Shown: one piece after another, positions 28,307-40,400 of the stretch
Layout: the number at the start of each line of letters is the position of its first letter
How positions within the stretch are numbered: the first letter of the stretch is position 1
Origin: Sphingorhabdus sp.
Lineage (GTDB): Bacteria; Pseudomonadota; Alphaproteobacteria; Sphingomonadales; Sphingomonadaceae
NCBI RefSeq assembly: GCF_044374345.1
Contig: NZ_JBILOS010000001.1
Span: forward strand, 1 to 62,755
Length of the DNA stretch: 62,755 bases
Direction of reading: 5' to 3'
The notes under the pieces: generated by a model
Databases searched by the model: none
What the model was told of the DNA's origin: nothing
Seen by the model: only the letters and a program-made list of their open reading frames with translations
Program-made: the position numbers and the translations under genes

Positions 28307-29431
28307 ATGACTATAGTACCCCCCGCCGTTAAACCGGCGCGTCCATATTTTTCATCCGGTCCCTGTGCGAAACCGCCAGGCTGGAGCCCCGAAAAACTTC
28401 AAACCGAATCGCTTGGCCGTTCGCATCGTGCGAAAATTGGCAAATCGCGCCTTCAACTGGCGATCGATCTGATGCGCGAAGTGCTTCAGGTGCCTGACAC
28501 GCACCGCATTGGCATTGTCCCCGGTTCGGATACCGGCGCAATCGAAATGGCGATGTGGACCATGCTTGGTGCACGACCGGTCACGATGATGGCGTGGGAA
28601 AGCTTTGGCGAGGGCTGGGTCACAGACGTCAACAAGCAGCTCAAGCTGAATGCGACCGTCATGAATGCGCCCTATGGCGAAATTCCTGATCTGAGCGCGG
28701 TAGATTTTTCCAATGACGTGGTTTTCACATGGAACGGCACGACTTCAGGTGCGCGCGTTCCAAATGGTGACTGGATTGCCGACGACCGTGAAGGCTTGAC
28801 CTTCAACGATGCGACGTCGGCGGTGTTTGCCTATGATATGCCTTGGGACAAGCTGGACGTCACAACGTTCAGCTGGCAAAAAGTGCTGGGCGGCGAAGGT
28901 GCGCATGGCGTGCTCATTCTCGGACCGCGCGCTGTTGAACGGCTTGAAAATTACACCCCGGCATGGCCGCTTCCAAAAGTTTTCCGCTTGATGTCGAAAG
29001 GCGCACTCGCCGAAGGCATTTTCAAGGGCGAGACGATTAACACGCCATCGATGCTTGCGGTGGAAGATGTGATCTTTGCGCTTGAGTGGGCGAAAACCGT
29101 TGGTGGTTTGCAGGGGCTTATGGCCCGCAGCAACGCCAATGCGGCTGCGCTCGCAAAAATCGTCGAGGCACGCGACTATCTCGGTTTTCTTGCCGCTGAC
29201 TCTGCTATTCGGTCAACGACGTCGGTGTGCCTCACCGTTGAGGGTGCTGACGAAGCCATGATAAAGAAAATGGCGTCACTGCTTGAGGCGGAAGATGCGG
29301 CTTATGACATCGCCGGATATCGCGATGCCCCTGCGGGCCTTCGTATTTGGTGCGGCGCCACTGTCGACACGGCAGATATTGAAGCGCTCGGCCCTTGGCT
29401 CGATTGGGCTTATAAGAAAGCCCAAGCTTAA
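28307..29431 (+). CDS. serC: Phosphoserine aminotransferase (alphaproteobacterial type)
   Basis: [41 protein letters not shown] lysine; upstream of serA. Confidence 0.96.
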   Translation: MTIVPPAVKPARPYFSSGPCAKPPGWSPEKLQTESLGRSHRAKIGKSRLQLAIDLMREVLQVPDTHRIGIVPGSDTGAIEMAMWTMLGARPVTMMAWESFGEGWVTDVNKQLKLNATVMNAPYGEIPDLSAVDFSNDVVFTWNGTTSGARVPNGDWIADDREGLTFNDATSAVFAYDMPWDKLDVTTFSWQKVLGGEGAHGVLILGPRAVERLENYTPAWPLPKVFRLMSKGALAEGIFKGETINTPSMLAVEDVIFALEWAKTVGGLQGLMARSNANAAALAKIVEARDYLGFLAADSAIRSTTSVCLTVEGADEAMIKKMASLLEAEDAAYDIAGYRDAPAGLRIWCGATVDTADIEALGPWLDWAYKKAQA

Positions 29432-29444
29432 ATCCCACCCGGGC

Positions 29445-29534
29445 GATTCCCGCGCATATGGGAATTCGTGAACGCAGATTCCCGCGCAAGCCGACAGTTC
29501 AGAATATGCATCCCCGATCAAGTCGGGGATGACG
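29445..29534. repeat. Degenerate or chimeric REP-like element between serC and serA
   Basis: gattcccgcgca twice (29445, 29477); hairpin attccc..gggaat; perfect catccccga-tcaag-tcggggatg ending in GACG. Confidence 0.65.
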
Positions 29535-29559
29535 ACAAAAGACATATAGGAATTTCAAC

Positions 29560-31143
29560 ATGACCAAACCACGCGTACTTATTTCCGACAAAATGGATCC
29601 CAATGCTGCGAAGATTTTCGCTGAACGCGGCTGTGACGTTGATGTCATTACCGACAAAAGCCCTGAAGAGCTCGCCGCCATCATCGGTGATTATGATGGC
29701 CTTGCCATTCGCAGCTCGACCAAGGTCACGAAGGCCATCCTCGACGCCGCCACCAATTTGAAGGTGATTGGCCGCGCAGGCATCGGCGTCGACAATGTGG
29801 ATATCCCGAACGCCTCGGCAAAGGGCGTTGTCGTTATGAACACGCCGTTCGGCAATTCGATCACCACCGCCGAACATGCGATCGCATTGATGTTCGCACT
29901 GGCACGCCAATTGCCGGAAGCAAACGCGCAGACGCAAGCTGGCCTCTGGCCGAAAAACGGCTTCATGGGCGTTGAAGTCACCGGCAAGACGCTTGGCCTG
30001 ATCGGCGCAGGGAATATCGGTTCCATCGTCGCAAGCCGCGCGCTTGGCCTGCGTATGAAGGTCGTTGCGTTTGACCCGTTCCTGACGGCGGAACGCGCCA
30101 TTGAAATGGGCGTGGAAAAGGCGGATTTGGACACGCTGCTGGCCAAGGCTGATTTCATCACCTTGCACACGCCGTTGACCGATCAGACGCGCAATATCTT
30201 GTCCAAAGAAAATCTGGCGAAAACCAAAAAGGGTGTGCGCATCATCAACTGCGCGCGCGGCGGCCTGGTCGATGAAGCCGCGTTGAAAGAAGCGTTGGAC
30301 AGCGGCCAAGTTGGCGGCGCTGCATTAGACGTGTTCGCAACAGAGCCAGCCAAGGAATCGCCGTTATTTGGCACGCCAAACTTCATCTGCACCCCGCATT
30401 TGGGTGCATCAACCAACGAAGCGCAGGTCAATGTTGCACTGCAAGTTGCCGAACAGATGGCGGATTATCTCGTCAATGGCGGCGTGACCAATGCGCTTAA
30501 CATGCCTAGCCTGTCAGCCGAAGAAGCACCCAAGTTAAAGCCATATATGACCTTGGCGCAAAAGCTGGGTTCGTTGGTTGGCCAGCTTGCGCATGACAAT
30601 CTCGATAATATCGCGATTGAGGTTGAGGGCGCTGCAGCCGAATTGAACATCAAGCCCATTACCGCAGCTGTGCTTTCCGGTTTCATGCGGCGGTTCTCGG
30701 ACGCGGTAAACATGGTCAACGCACCGTTTTTGGCAAAAGAGCGCGGATTTGATATCCGTGAAGTCCGCCATGACAAGGCAGGTGCCTATCACACATTGGT
30801 GCGTGTCACGGTGAACACCGCCCAAGGCCCGCGTTCGGTTGCAGGCACATTGTTTGCCAATAGCGAAGCGCGGCTTGTCGAGATTTTCGGCATCAGCCTT
30901 GAAGCTGAGCTTGAAGGCAGCATGCTGTATATCGTCAACGAAGATGCACCGGGTTTCATTGGCCGTGTCGGTACGGCATTGGGCGAAGCTGGCTTGAATA
31001 TCGGCACCTTCCATTTGGGTCGCCGCAGTGCAGGTGGCGAGGCGGTTTTACTGTTGTCGATGGATGCCGCTATTCCAGAGGCTGTTCTTAAGCAGTTGGC
31101 TTCGCTTCCCGGCGTAAAGACAGTAAAGGCGCTTAAGTTCTAA
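29560..31143 (+). CDS. serA: D-3-phosphoglycerate dehydrogenase
   Basis: GRAGIGVDN, NTPFGN..TTAEH, GAGNIG, INCARGG, PHLGAST, C-terminal ACT. Confidence 0.97.
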   Translation: MTKPRVLISDKMDPNAAKIFAERGCDVDVITDKSPEELAAIIGDYDGLAIRSSTKVTKAILDAATNLKVIGRAGIGVDNVDIPNASAKGVVVMNTPFGNSITTAEHAIALMFALARQLPEANAQTQAGLWPKNGFMGVEVTGKTLGLIGAGNIGSIVASRALGLRMKVVAFDPFLTAERAIEMGVEKADLDTLLAKADFITLHTPLTDQTRNILSKENLAKTKKGVRIINCARGGLVDEAALKEALDSGQVGGAALDVFATEPAKESPLFGTPNFICTPHLGASTNEAQVNVALQVAEQMADYLVNGGVTNALNMPSLSAEEAPKLKPYMTLAQKLGSLVGQLAHDNLDNIAIEVEGAAAELNIKPITAAVLSGFMRRFSDAVNMVNAPFLAKERGFDIREVRHDKAGAYHTLVRVTVNTAQGPRSVAGTLFANSEARLVEIFGISLEAELEGSMLYIVNEDAPGFIGRVGTALGEAGLNIGTFHLGRRSAGGEAVLLLSMDAAIPEAVLKQLASLPGVKTVKALKF

Positions 31144-31184
31144 GCGGGGCTTCCCCGCGAGAACTTTTCGCGTAAAGAACGCGC

Positions 31185-32297
31185 ATGAAGATTCCGCCCG
31201 ACTTGCTGCCTGAAGGCTTCCGCGACCGACTTCCTCCCCAAGCGGAGGTTGCGGCGCGGGTGTCGCGTGCCATGATCGATGTGTTGACAAGCTATGGCTA
31301 TGCCAGAGTAGCGCCAGCCATCGCTGAATTTGAAAGCGCACTTGCCGAACGCAGTGGCAGCGCGGCGCGTAATCAGCATTTGCGTTTTACCGACCCTGTT
31401 TCCGGACACACGCTGGCATTACGTGGCGATATAACCGTTCAGGTCGGGCGTATTGCGACAACGCGGATGCAGGAATCACCCCGGCCGCTGCGCTTGTGCT
31501 ATCATGGTCAGGTGCTGCGCCTGAAGGCAAAGCAACTGCGACCAGAGCGTGAATTGACGCAGCTTGGCGCCGAATTGATCGGCAATGACAGCGTTGCTGC
31601 GGCGTGCGAAATTGTCGGCGTCGCCATCGATGCGCTGGAGGCAGCGGGCGTTAAAGACATCACCATCGATTTTACGCTCCCGGACTTGGTCGAACGGCTT
31701 GCGGAAAAGGCGTTACCTTTGGCCTCCGATAAAATCGATGCCGTGCGTTCCGAACTGGACATGAAGGATGCTGGCGGCTTGAGCGTGTTGGGCGCGGATG
31801 CCTATCTGCCATTGCTCGCGGCGACTGGTCCATTTGATGCGGCCGTTGAAAAATTGCGTGCCATTGACGCTGGCGGTGCACTTGCGTCGCGAATTCAAGC
31901 ACTTGAAAGCATCGCCGCGACGGTCGCGGGGCGCGCCAATGTGACGCTTGATCCCACCGAACGGCATGGCTTTGAATATCAAAGCTGGTTCGGCTTCACG
32001 ATCTTCGCCAAAGGCTATAGCGCCGCGCTCGGTCGTGGCGGTACATATTATATCGACCGCGCGGATGGCCCGTCTGAAGCCGCAACTGGCTTCTCCTTGT
32101 ATCCAGACCCGTTGATTGACTTGGCCGAAGAAAGCAATGTGCAGCGCCTTTTCTTGCCGCTCGGCACCGATGCAGCCACCGGTGCAAAATTGCGTGGCGA
32201 AGGTTGGGTTACCGTTGCTGCGTTGGACGAGAATGACAGTGCTGCCGTGCTGGGCTGCACCCATATATGGGGCAACGGGCAGGCGGTTATCGTCTGA
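31185..32297 (+). CDS. hisZ: ATP phosphoribosyltransferase regulatory subunit
   Basis: LPEGFRD, LALRGDITVQVGR, RELTQLGAELIG, GRGGTY, ATGFS; directly upstream of purA. Confidence 0.93.
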   Translation: MKIPPDLLPEGFRDRLPPQAEVAARVSRAMIDVLTSYGYARVAPAIAEFESALAERSGSAARNQHLRFTDPVSGHTLALRGDITVQVGRIATTRMQESPRPLRLCYHGQVLRLKAKQLRPERELTQLGAELIGNDSVAAACEIVGVAIDALEAAGVKDITIDFTLPDLVERLAEKALPLASDKIDAVRSELDMKDAGGLSVLGADAYLPLLAATGPFDAAVEKLRAIDAGGALASRIQALESIAATVAGRANVTLDPTERHGFEYQSWFGFTIFAKGYSAALGRGGTYYIDRADGPSEAATGFSLYPDPLIDLAEESNVQRLFLPLGTDAATGAKLRGEGWVTVAALDENDSAAVLGCTHIWGNGQAVIV

Positions 32298-32435
32298 AAT
32301 CGTCCATCACGTTGCTTTAGGGTGGACGCAGCGCCATCATAATCATAACGGAGCACATGGCGAATCCCTTCGCAGGAAAAAGCTCCTGCGCAGAAAAAGG
32401 CCCCAGAGCTATCTGGCTTTGACAGGGAATATCTG

Positions 32436-33725
32436 ATGGCAAATGTAACCGTAATTGGCGCTCAGTGGGGCGACGAGGGAAAAGGTAAGATTGTCGACTG
32501 GTTGGCGGAACGCGCCGATGCAGTGGTCCGGTTTCAGGGCGGACATAATGCAGGCCACACATTGGTGGTCGGCGAAAATGTATATAAATTGTCGCTGCTG
32601 CCGTCGGGTATCGTGACGGGCACTCTGTCGATCATCGGCAATGGTGTTGTTCTGGACCCATGGGCGTTGCGCGACGAAATGACGAAGCTGCGTGGGCAGG
32701 GCGTTTCGATTACAACCGAAAACTTCGCACTCGCCGACAATTGCGCGCTGATTTTGCCCATCCATCGTGACTTGGATGGCTTGCGTGAAGCCGCCGCCGG
32801 TTCGGGCAAGATTGGCACGACGGGCCGCGGAATTGGCCCTGCTTATGAAGATAAGGTCGGCCGCCGCGCCATTCGCGTTTGCGATCTTGCGCATTTGGAC
32901 GCGCTTGATGCGCAATTGGACCGTCTGTGCGCGCACCATGATGCGCTGCGTGCCGGTTTTGGCGAACCGCCCGTAGACCGTGCCCGCCTGATTGCTGACC
33001 TTAAGGAAATTGCGCCGTTCGTTCTCGAATATGCGCAGCCTGTGTGGAAACGGTTGAACCAAGTACGCAAGGCAGGCGCGCGGATATTGTTTGAAGGCGC
33101 GCAGGGCGTTTTGCTGGACGTCGACCATGGCACTTATCCATTTGTGACATCATCAAACACGGTTTCGGGCACTGCCGCGGCTGGCTCAGGTCTTGGGCCA
33201 AGTGCCGCCGGTTTTGTCCTTGGTATTGTGAAGGCATATACCACGCGGGTTGGTTCGGGGCCTTTCCCCACCGAGTTGGAAGATGAAACGGGCCAGCGGC
33301 TGGGCGAACGTGGGCATGAATTTGGAACCGTGACCGGCAGAAAACGCCGTTGCGGCTGGTTCGATGCCGTAATCGTGCGTCAAAGCTGTGCGGTGTCCGG
33401 TGTCACAGGAATTGCGCTGACGAAGTTGGATGTCTTGGACGGTTTCGACACGATCAAAATCTGCACGGGCTACCGCCTGAACGGCAAGGTATATGATTAT
33501 CTGCCCGCGCATGCAGCAGAACAGGCCGCAGTCGAACCGATTTACGAAGAAATGCCCGGTTGGCAGGAAACCACTGCCGGCGCGCGCAGCTGGGCCGACC
33601 TTCCTGCACAGGCGATTAAATATATCACCCGCGTTCAGGAACTAATCGAAACGCCCGTTGCCTTGGTGTCGACGTCTCCACAGCGTGAAGACACGATCTT
33701 GGTCCGCGATCCGTTTGCGGATTAA
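32436..33725 (+). CDS. purA: Adenylosuccinate synthetase
   Basis: [36 protein letters not shown]. Confidence 0.98.
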   Translation: MANVTVIGAQWGDEGKGKIVDWLAERADAVVRFQGGHNAGHTLVVGENVYKLSLLPSGIVTGTLSIIGNGVVLDPWALRDEMTKLRGQGVSITTENFALADNCALILPIHRDLDGLREAAAGSGKIGTTGRGIGPAYEDKVGRRAIRVCDLAHLDALDAQLDRLCAHHDALRAGFGEPPVDRARLIADLKEIAPFVLEYAQPVWKRLNQVRKAGARILFEGAQGVLLDVDHGTYPFVTSSNTVSGTAAAGSGLGPSAAGFVLGIVKAYTTRVGSGPFPTELEDETGQRLGERGHEFGTVTGRKRRCGWFDAVIVRQSCAVSGVTGIALTKLDVLDGFDTIKICTGYRLNGKVYDYLPAHAAEQAAVEPIYEEMPGWQETTAGARSWADLPAQAIKYITRVQELIETPVALVSTSPQREDTILVRDPFAD

Positions 33726-35026
33726 CCGCTTTTCAGCTCTGCGTTTAGCCGCAAGCTAGCGCGCCAGAAGAAGAAGGCGGGGATGAGCCCAAGCCAGGCT
33801 GCGCCATAAAGCACCCAGCGGACGCTTTCATCGCCAGCCATCGGTTGCAGCCAATCGGATAGCACGCCGAACAGCAATGGGCCCATGCCAAGCCCGATGA
33901 GATTTTGTCCAAAGACAACAAGCGATGCCGCAATGGCGCGCGCCTCTGGCCGGACAAGGCCTTGGACACATCCATAGGCAGGGCCATAATAAGCCGAATT
34001 CAATATGGTCGGCAGAATGAGCAGGGCGACGGCAATCCGCCAATCTTCGGCCCAATAACCGGCAAATAAAATCGGAGCGGCAATCGCCATGCCGATGGCA
34101 GGCATGGTCAAGATATGCCGCTTGTCACGCTTGCCAAAAACATCGGCCATTTTCCCGCCAAGCCATGTGCCGATGATGCCGGAAATGCCAAGCGCGACCG
34201 CCATAGCAAGCCCCGCCTCGGTCGTTGATAGGCCGTGGGACCGGATGAAGAAGCTGATCGTCCACAGACCCTTGCCATAGCTTAGGAAGGCGGTGAACGA
34301 TGCGGCGATGAAGACATACAAATAGGCCTTGGACGCAAAGACTTCACGCACAGCATCTTTAATCGACAGTTTTGCCTTCACGGGCGAGTCTGCGGTGTTG
34401 AAATGCATGCTATCTGCGCATCGCCGTGGATCGCGGATGAGCAATGGGAGCACGAACGCCAGCAATATCCCCGGCATACCAACCAGCATGAGCGCCATGC
34501 GCCAGCCATATTGGTCGTTGACGACCCCGCCAATGATGAGGCCAAGCAATCCACCAATTGGGATACCAAGTCCGAAAAAGGCAATGGCCGAAGACCGTTT
34601 TTCGGGTGGTACGCTATCTGCGATCAGCGAGTGCGCAGCAGGGGTGCAACCAGCTTCACCGACGCCAACGCCAATCCGCGCAAGCGCGAGTTGAACGAAG
34701 TTTTGCGCAACACCGCATAATGCGGTCATAGCGGACCACACTGCGAGGCAAACAGAGATGAGCCAAACCCGGTTGGTCTTTGCATTATCCGCATAGCGAG
34801 CGATTGGTATGCCCAGCACAGCATAAAAAACCGCGAAAGCAGGGCCGGCGAGCAAACCGAGCTGCGTATCACTCAGCCCAAGCTCGCCCTTTATAGGTTC
34901 GGCCAGAATATTGATAATCTGGCGGTCCAGAAAGTTCAGAATGTACACCAGCAGAAGCGCGAACAGCATTATCTTGGGGTTGGTTATAGCCAATCCACCG
35001 CTGCGCACAGACGCTCGATCATGCAT
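33722..35026 (-). CDS. MFS transporter (spinster-like)
   Basis: [30 protein letters not shown]; about 12 TM segments. Confidence 0.9.
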   Translation of the reverse strand: MHDRASVRSGGLAITNPKIMLFALLLVYILNFLDRQIINILAEPIKGELGLSDTQLGLLAGPAFAVFYAVLGIPIARYADNAKTNRVWLISVCLAVWSAMTALCGVAQNFVQLALARIGVGVGEAGCTPAAHSLIADSVPPEKRSSAIAFFGLGIPIGGLLGLIIGGVVNDQYGWRMALMLVGMPGILLAFVLPLLIRDPRRCADSMHFNTADSPVKAKLSIKDAVREVFASKAYLYVFIAASFTAFLSYGKGLWTISFFIRSHGLSTTEAGLAMAVALGISGIIGTWLGGKMADVFGKRDKRHILTMPAIGMAIAAPILFAGYWAEDWRIAVALLILPTILNSAYYGPAYGCVQGLVRPEARAIAASLVVFGQNLIGLGMGPLLFGVLSDWLQPMAGDESVRWVLYGAAWLGLIPAFFFWRASLRLNAELKSG

Positions 35027-35200
35027 TCCTTTTCTCCTTCTCCAATGCGCAGTTATTCAACTATTTTCGCGATTGTAAAGCATCAGCGACATAATGATGT
35101 CGACAATTGATGGTTCTAACATCGCAAAGCGTATGGAAAATCGGACAGTCTGAAAAATGCGGCATTGACTGTTGGCGGCACAGGGTCATTGGAGGACCAT

Positions 35201-35938
35201 ATGACCACGCGTGAAACCACGGCTTTTTTGCCACTCGACGACATTGATCTCACATTGTCGTTGAGCGACCGGTTCATGGTCATGGCTTATGGCGCCATCC
35301 AATGGCCATGGTTGCTGCGCAGCCTCGATGGTGGCCGTAAAAAGGATAAGGCGGAACTGCTCGCTTATCTTGATTTGCCGCAGGATGCGTTGCCCAATTT
35401 GGGCAGCTGGAAAGCAGATACGCATTTTTTGTGGCACATCGTTTCTGCAATCGAAGAAATGCGCCCGCAACAGGTGGTTGAGTTGGGTTGCGGGGCATCG
35501 ACTTTTGTTGCGGCGCGGGCACTGCAACTATTTGGTGGCGGAAAAATCGTCAGCTTTGACCAGCACGGGGATTTTGTGTCGACGACGCAGGATTGGATCC
35601 GTGACAACAATATGGATGTCGACATCCGCCATGCGCCATTAGGGCCGCCACCGGCTGGCTGGCCGGGCCATTGGTATCAATTGAGCGATATACCGGCTGA
35701 AATTGATCTGCTGATCGTCGACGGGCCACCATGGGCCCTTCATCCGCATGTGCGCGGTGCGGCGGCGAGCCTATTTCCGCATTTGCGTCCCGGTGGCCGC
35801 GTGCTGCTCGATGATGCCGCGCGTCCCGGCGAGCGTGTGGTTGCCCGCCGGTGGCGCAAAGAGCATCATAATATGGACTTTAAGCTCGACAGCCAAGGCG
35901 CCAAAGGCACCTTGCTGGGATACAAGCACCCTGCTTAA
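35201..35938 (+). CDS. Class I SAM-dependent methyltransferase
   Basis: VVELGCGAST, IDLLIVDGPP, LLDDAARPGE; ggagg RBS before ATG 35201. Confidence 0.87.
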   Translation: MTTRETTAFLPLDDIDLTLSLSDRFMVMAYGAIQWPWLLRSLDGGRKKDKAELLAYLDLPQDALPNLGSWKADTHFLWHIVSAIEEMRPQQVVELGCGASTFVAARALQLFGGGKIVSFDQHGDFVSTTQDWIRDNNMDVDIRHAPLGPPPAGWPGHWYQLSDIPAEIDLLIVDGPPWALHPHVRGAAASLFPHLRPGGRVLLDDAARPGERVVARRWRKEHHNMDFKLDSQGAKGTLLGYKHPA

Positions 35939-37278
35939 AGCTTCGTTTTTCGCTCGTCAGTTACCATGTCGCTGGCAAGGTCCAGACCGGCTTTGCCGTG
36001 CGCTGCAGTGTGCGCAGGCGCATGCAATGGTTCAACGAACTCGGGCTCTTCCACCTCAAGCATGCCTTCCCATTTGGTGATGACGGACGTTGCCACGGCG
36101 TTACCAACGACGTTGGTTGCGGTCCGGCCCATGTCGAGGAACTGGTCGATCGCGAGGATCAGCGCGACACCTTCAACAGGCAAGTCAAACATCGCCAGCG
36201 TGCCGGTAATCACCACCAACGATGCGCGAGGCACGGCGGCTACGCCCTTCGAAGAAATCATCAGTGTCAGCAGGATCAGGATCTGCGTTCCGATGGACAA
36301 ATCAATTCCATAAGCTTGCGCGATGAAGATGGTCGCGAAGCTCATATACATCATCGAACCATCAAGGTTGAAGCTGTATCCCAATGGCAGCATGAAACCC
36401 GAGATCCGGCGCGGGACGCCGAAACGATCAAGCTGTTCAAACAATTTCGGCAACGCCGCTTCGCTAGACGCGGTCGAAAATGCGATGAGCATCGGTTCGC
36501 GGATGTAACGAATGAGCGTCCAAATGCGTCGGCCCAAGAAGATCGCTCCAATCGACAAAAGGATCGTCCACAACAATGCGAGCGACAAATAGAATTCACC
36601 GACGAGCTCAAGATAGGTCAGCAAAATCGCTAGGCCGCTTTTGGAAACCACGGCGGCAAGCGCGCCAAACACCGCAACAGGTGCATAACGCATCACATAA
36701 TGTGTGATTTGCAGCATCATTTCGGCAAGGGCTTCCGCACCCCGAACGAGCGGCGCACCTTTTTCGCCCACAGCGGACAATGCGACACCAGCGAACAATG
36801 CGAACACCAAAATCTGCAATATATTGTTCGTCGCCATCGCTTCGAACGCATTTTTGGGGAAAATCGACAGGATGAAATCCCAGAAGTCGAGTTTCTTGAC
36901 CTCGCCAATCGTGGCTGCGGCATTGGTGATGGTATCTACCGGCGCGCCAATGCCAGGCTGGAGCAGGTTGACCATCAACAGTCCAAGGCCAATCGAAATG
37001 AAGCTGGCGATGATAAACCACGTGATTGCCCGGAAACCAATTCTGCCCAGCGCACTGCTATCACCCATATGGGCAATACCGACGACGATGGTCGACAGGA
37101 TCAGCGGCGCGACCAAAAGCTTGATGAGATTAAGGAAAATATCCGAAAGCAGTTTGAACGTCTTGGTGATATATTCGAACTGCGTACTGTCCTGCGCAAA
37201 ACTGACATGGACTGCGTAACCCACGGCTACGCCGAGGATCATCCCCACCAAAATCCATAATGTAAGCCGTTTATCCAC
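35935..37278 (-). CDS. gltP: Dicarboxylate/amino acid:cation symporter (GltP-like)
   Basis: AFSTASSEAALP, LPLGYSFNLDG, SKGVAAVP, DMGRTATNVVGN. Confidence 0.88.
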   Translation of the reverse strand: MDKRLTLWILVGMILGVAVGYAVHVSFAQDSTQFEYITKTFKLLSDIFLNLIKLLVAPLILSTIVVGIAHMGDSSALGRIGFRAITWFIIASFISIGLGLLMVNLLQPGIGAPVDTITNAAATIGEVKKLDFWDFILSIFPKNAFEAMATNNILQILVFALFAGVALSAVGEKGAPLVRGAEALAEMMLQITHYVMRYAPVAVFGALAAVVSKSGLAILLTYLELVGEFYLSLALLWTILLSIGAIFLGRRIWTLIRYIREPMLIAFSTASSEAALPKLFEQLDRFGVPRRISGFMLPLGYSFNLDGSMMYMSFATIFIAQAYGIDLSIGTQILILLTLMISSKGVAAVPRASLVVITGTLAMFDLPVEGVALILAIDQFLDMGRTATNVVGNAVATSVITKWEGMLEVEEPEFVEPLHAPAHTAAHGKAGLDLASDMVTDERKTKL

Positions 37279-37463
37279 GCGGAGCCTCTCCTATTTTTAA
37301 CTTTTGCGCACGCTACACAGGAGTAATGGCTGTCGCAACAAGTTACAAACGTGACTTGTTTAAGCGCTCGAAGGGCGTCATAAGCTTTGTAATAAAATTA
37401 CAACGTATTTTGTCGTTGGACATGGCACTTAACCAAATGCTTGCGGGCTCAGGAGATGATTTC

Positions 37464-40400
37464 ATGGCGGCCGCCAAAATTGCTAAAACTAGCGGAAAAC
37501 TGGACAAAAGCCTGCTGAAGGCAATGGTTTCGGCGTTTGCTGAAACCGCGCTGCCCGGCGAAAATGAAGGCTTTGATGCCAAGGCAACGGAAGAGGCCGC
37601 CCGGTTCACTATTGAAACGGGTCTTCATCGCAAAGCTGGCACTGCGGCCATTGCGCTCGATAGTTTTACCGATGCGCAGGGCCGTTTGATGATGCGGATT
37701 GCGCTCAACAATGACGATATGCCATTTTTGGTGGATTCGGTCTCCGCCGCCGTTGCCGCAAATGGTATATCGGTGAAGCGCATCATTCACCCCGTGTTGA
37801 GTGTTGCCCGCGATGATGCCCTAACGCTCACCGACATCAGCCGGAAGCGTGTGGACGGTCAGGCCCGGGAATCATTCATCTATCTCGAGACAGAGCGGGT
37901 CGACGCGCGGGAACGCCGGCAGCTTGAAATGCACCTCGCCGCCGTTTTGGCCGATGTGCGCGGCGCGGTGACTGACTGGCGCGATATGCTCGCGGCGTTG
38001 TCGGCTGATGCGGACAGTCTGCCCGAAAGCGAGGGCGCTGCGCTCCTTCGTTGGTTCTCCAAAAATAATATGACGGTTCTGGCGCACGAACGCATCAGCC
38101 GCGATGGCACGCGGTTCGACCGCCTTGGTCTATCGCGGGTGACCGATGCACTGGTCCTTGCAGAAGACAGCGTTGGCCTTGCGATCAAATGGTTTGAAGA
38201 CGGCGGCGTCGCACCGCTGGTGCTCAAGTCCAACCGGGTCTCGACGGTGCACCGCAACGTCCAATTGGATCTGATCGTAATTCCAGTTACAACCGGCGGT
38301 CGTGTTTCGGGCGTAGCGGTCACTGCAGGGCTTTGGACGAGCGCGGCACTCGCAACCACCCCAGACGCAATACCCGTGCTGAGAACGCATCTGGCGGCGC
38401 TTATGGACCGGTTTGGCTTTGACCCGTCGGGGCATGCGGGCAAGGCGATGGCGCATGCACTGACGGCGCTACCCCACGATCTTTTGGTTGCGCTAAAATT
38501 GGATGATTTGGAGCGCGTTACGCTCACTGCAATGTCGTTAACGGATCGCCCACGGCCGAAGCTGATTGCGCTGCGGTCGCCACTTGGCCGCCATCTCTAT
38601 ATTTTCGTCTGGTTGCCACGCGATGATGTTTCGACAGGCATTCGCAAGCAGATCCAAAATATGCTGATAGACGCCACAGGCGGTAGCTTGCTCGGCTGGA
38701 CGATTGGTCTGGAGGACGGCGGCGTCGCCTTGCTGCGCTACACGCTCGACCTGCCAGATCGCGACCAAAAGGTCGACGAGGCCGTGCTTGATGGCAAAGT
38801 CGAGCTCATGGTGCGCGGATGGGAGCCCGCAGTCGAAGCGGCTCTCGCGTCGCTGACCGATGAAAAGCGCGCGGCCGCGATGCTCGTGCGTTACGGCGCC
38901 GGTTTCCCCGCCAATTATCGCAGCACCTATTCGACCGAAGAAGCCGCGCGTGATATGGTCGGCCTGCTCAATATGGAGCGCGACCACAGTAAAGTCACCC
39001 GGCTGTTCGTCGACGGCGATAAGCTGCGCCTCAAAATCTACAGCGGTGGCGGCGCGCTTCCGCTCAGCGATGTTGTCCCGGCGCTCGAGAATTTCGGTTT
39101 CGATGTGTTGGAAGAATCACCAACCGCATTGGGCGACGGCAATTATATCCATGATTTCCGTCTGTCGCTGCGCGGCGGCGATGTTGCAACGGTGATGAAA
39201 CGTCCGCACATTATCGAAGGCGCGTTGAGCCAGGTTTTGGATGGCAGTTTTGAAAATGATGTCTTTAACCAGCTGGTGACGGTCGGCGGTCTCGATCCGC
39301 AATCGGTCATCTGGCTGCGGGCATGGTATCGCTATTTGCGTCAAACGGGTGTGACTTACGGCATGCCGACTGTGGTGTCGGCACTGGTCAAAAACGCCAA
39401 TGTCACACGTTCGATCATTGCCCTGTTCGATGCTCGGCATAACCCCGCGCATTCCGGTGACCGCGAAAAAGAGATCACCAAATATGTGAAATCGATCAAC
39501 ACGGACTTGGCCGCAGTATCAGCCATCGACGAAGACCGCATATTGCGCCGATTCTTGGCGATCGTTTTGGCGACCGTCCGCACCAACGCCTTTTCCGCTG
39601 CTGCGGCAGAAGCGCTGGCGTTTAAGCTCGATTGCGCGAAAGTCCCCGGCCTGCCTGCACCGCTGCCTTGGCGCGAAGTGTTTGTGTATTCGCCGCGTGT
39701 CGAAGGCATTCACTTGCGCGCTGGCCCAGTGGCGCGTGGCGGTCTGCGCTGGTCAGACCGGCGTGACGATTTCCGCACGGAAGTTTTAGGCCTCATGAAG
39801 GCGCAGCGCGTGAAAAACGCCGTGATCGTGCCGACAGGTGCGAAGGGCGGATTTTACCCCAAGCGGCTGCCCGATATGCGCGTCGACCGCGATGCCTGGT
39901 TCGCCGAAGGGACAGAGGCCTACAAGATATTCATCCGCACCTTGCTGTCGATTACCGACAACATCGTCAACGACCGTATCGTGCATCCAGACAATGTCGT
40001 CATCCATGACGGGGATGATCCTTATTTCGTTGTTGCCGCTGACAAGGGCACAGCAACATTTTCCGACACCGCAAATGCCATCGCGCTTGAGCGCAATTTC
40101 TGGTTGGGCGATGCTTTCGCCAGTGGCGGTTCAGTTGGATATGACCATAAGGCGATGGGCATCACCGCCAAGGGGGGCTGGCTTTCGGTCCAGCGCCATT
40201 TCGCCGAAATGGGTATCGACGTGCAAAAGGAACCTGTCACGGTCGCGGGCGTCGGTGACATGTCCGGCGACGTTTTTGGTAACGGCATGCTGCTTTCGAA
40301 AACATTGAAGTTGGTAGCCGCATTCGACCACCGCCATATCTTTTTTGATCCCGATCCCGATCCAGCGGTCAGCTGGAAAGAACGTCAGCGTTTGTTCAAT

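Noticed and set aside
32298-32360. His-rich frame (VHH...RHHNHN..H) right after hisZ, suggesting a His leader peptide
   Set aside because: No nearby start codon or RBS, and it lies downstream rather than upstream of the his gene.
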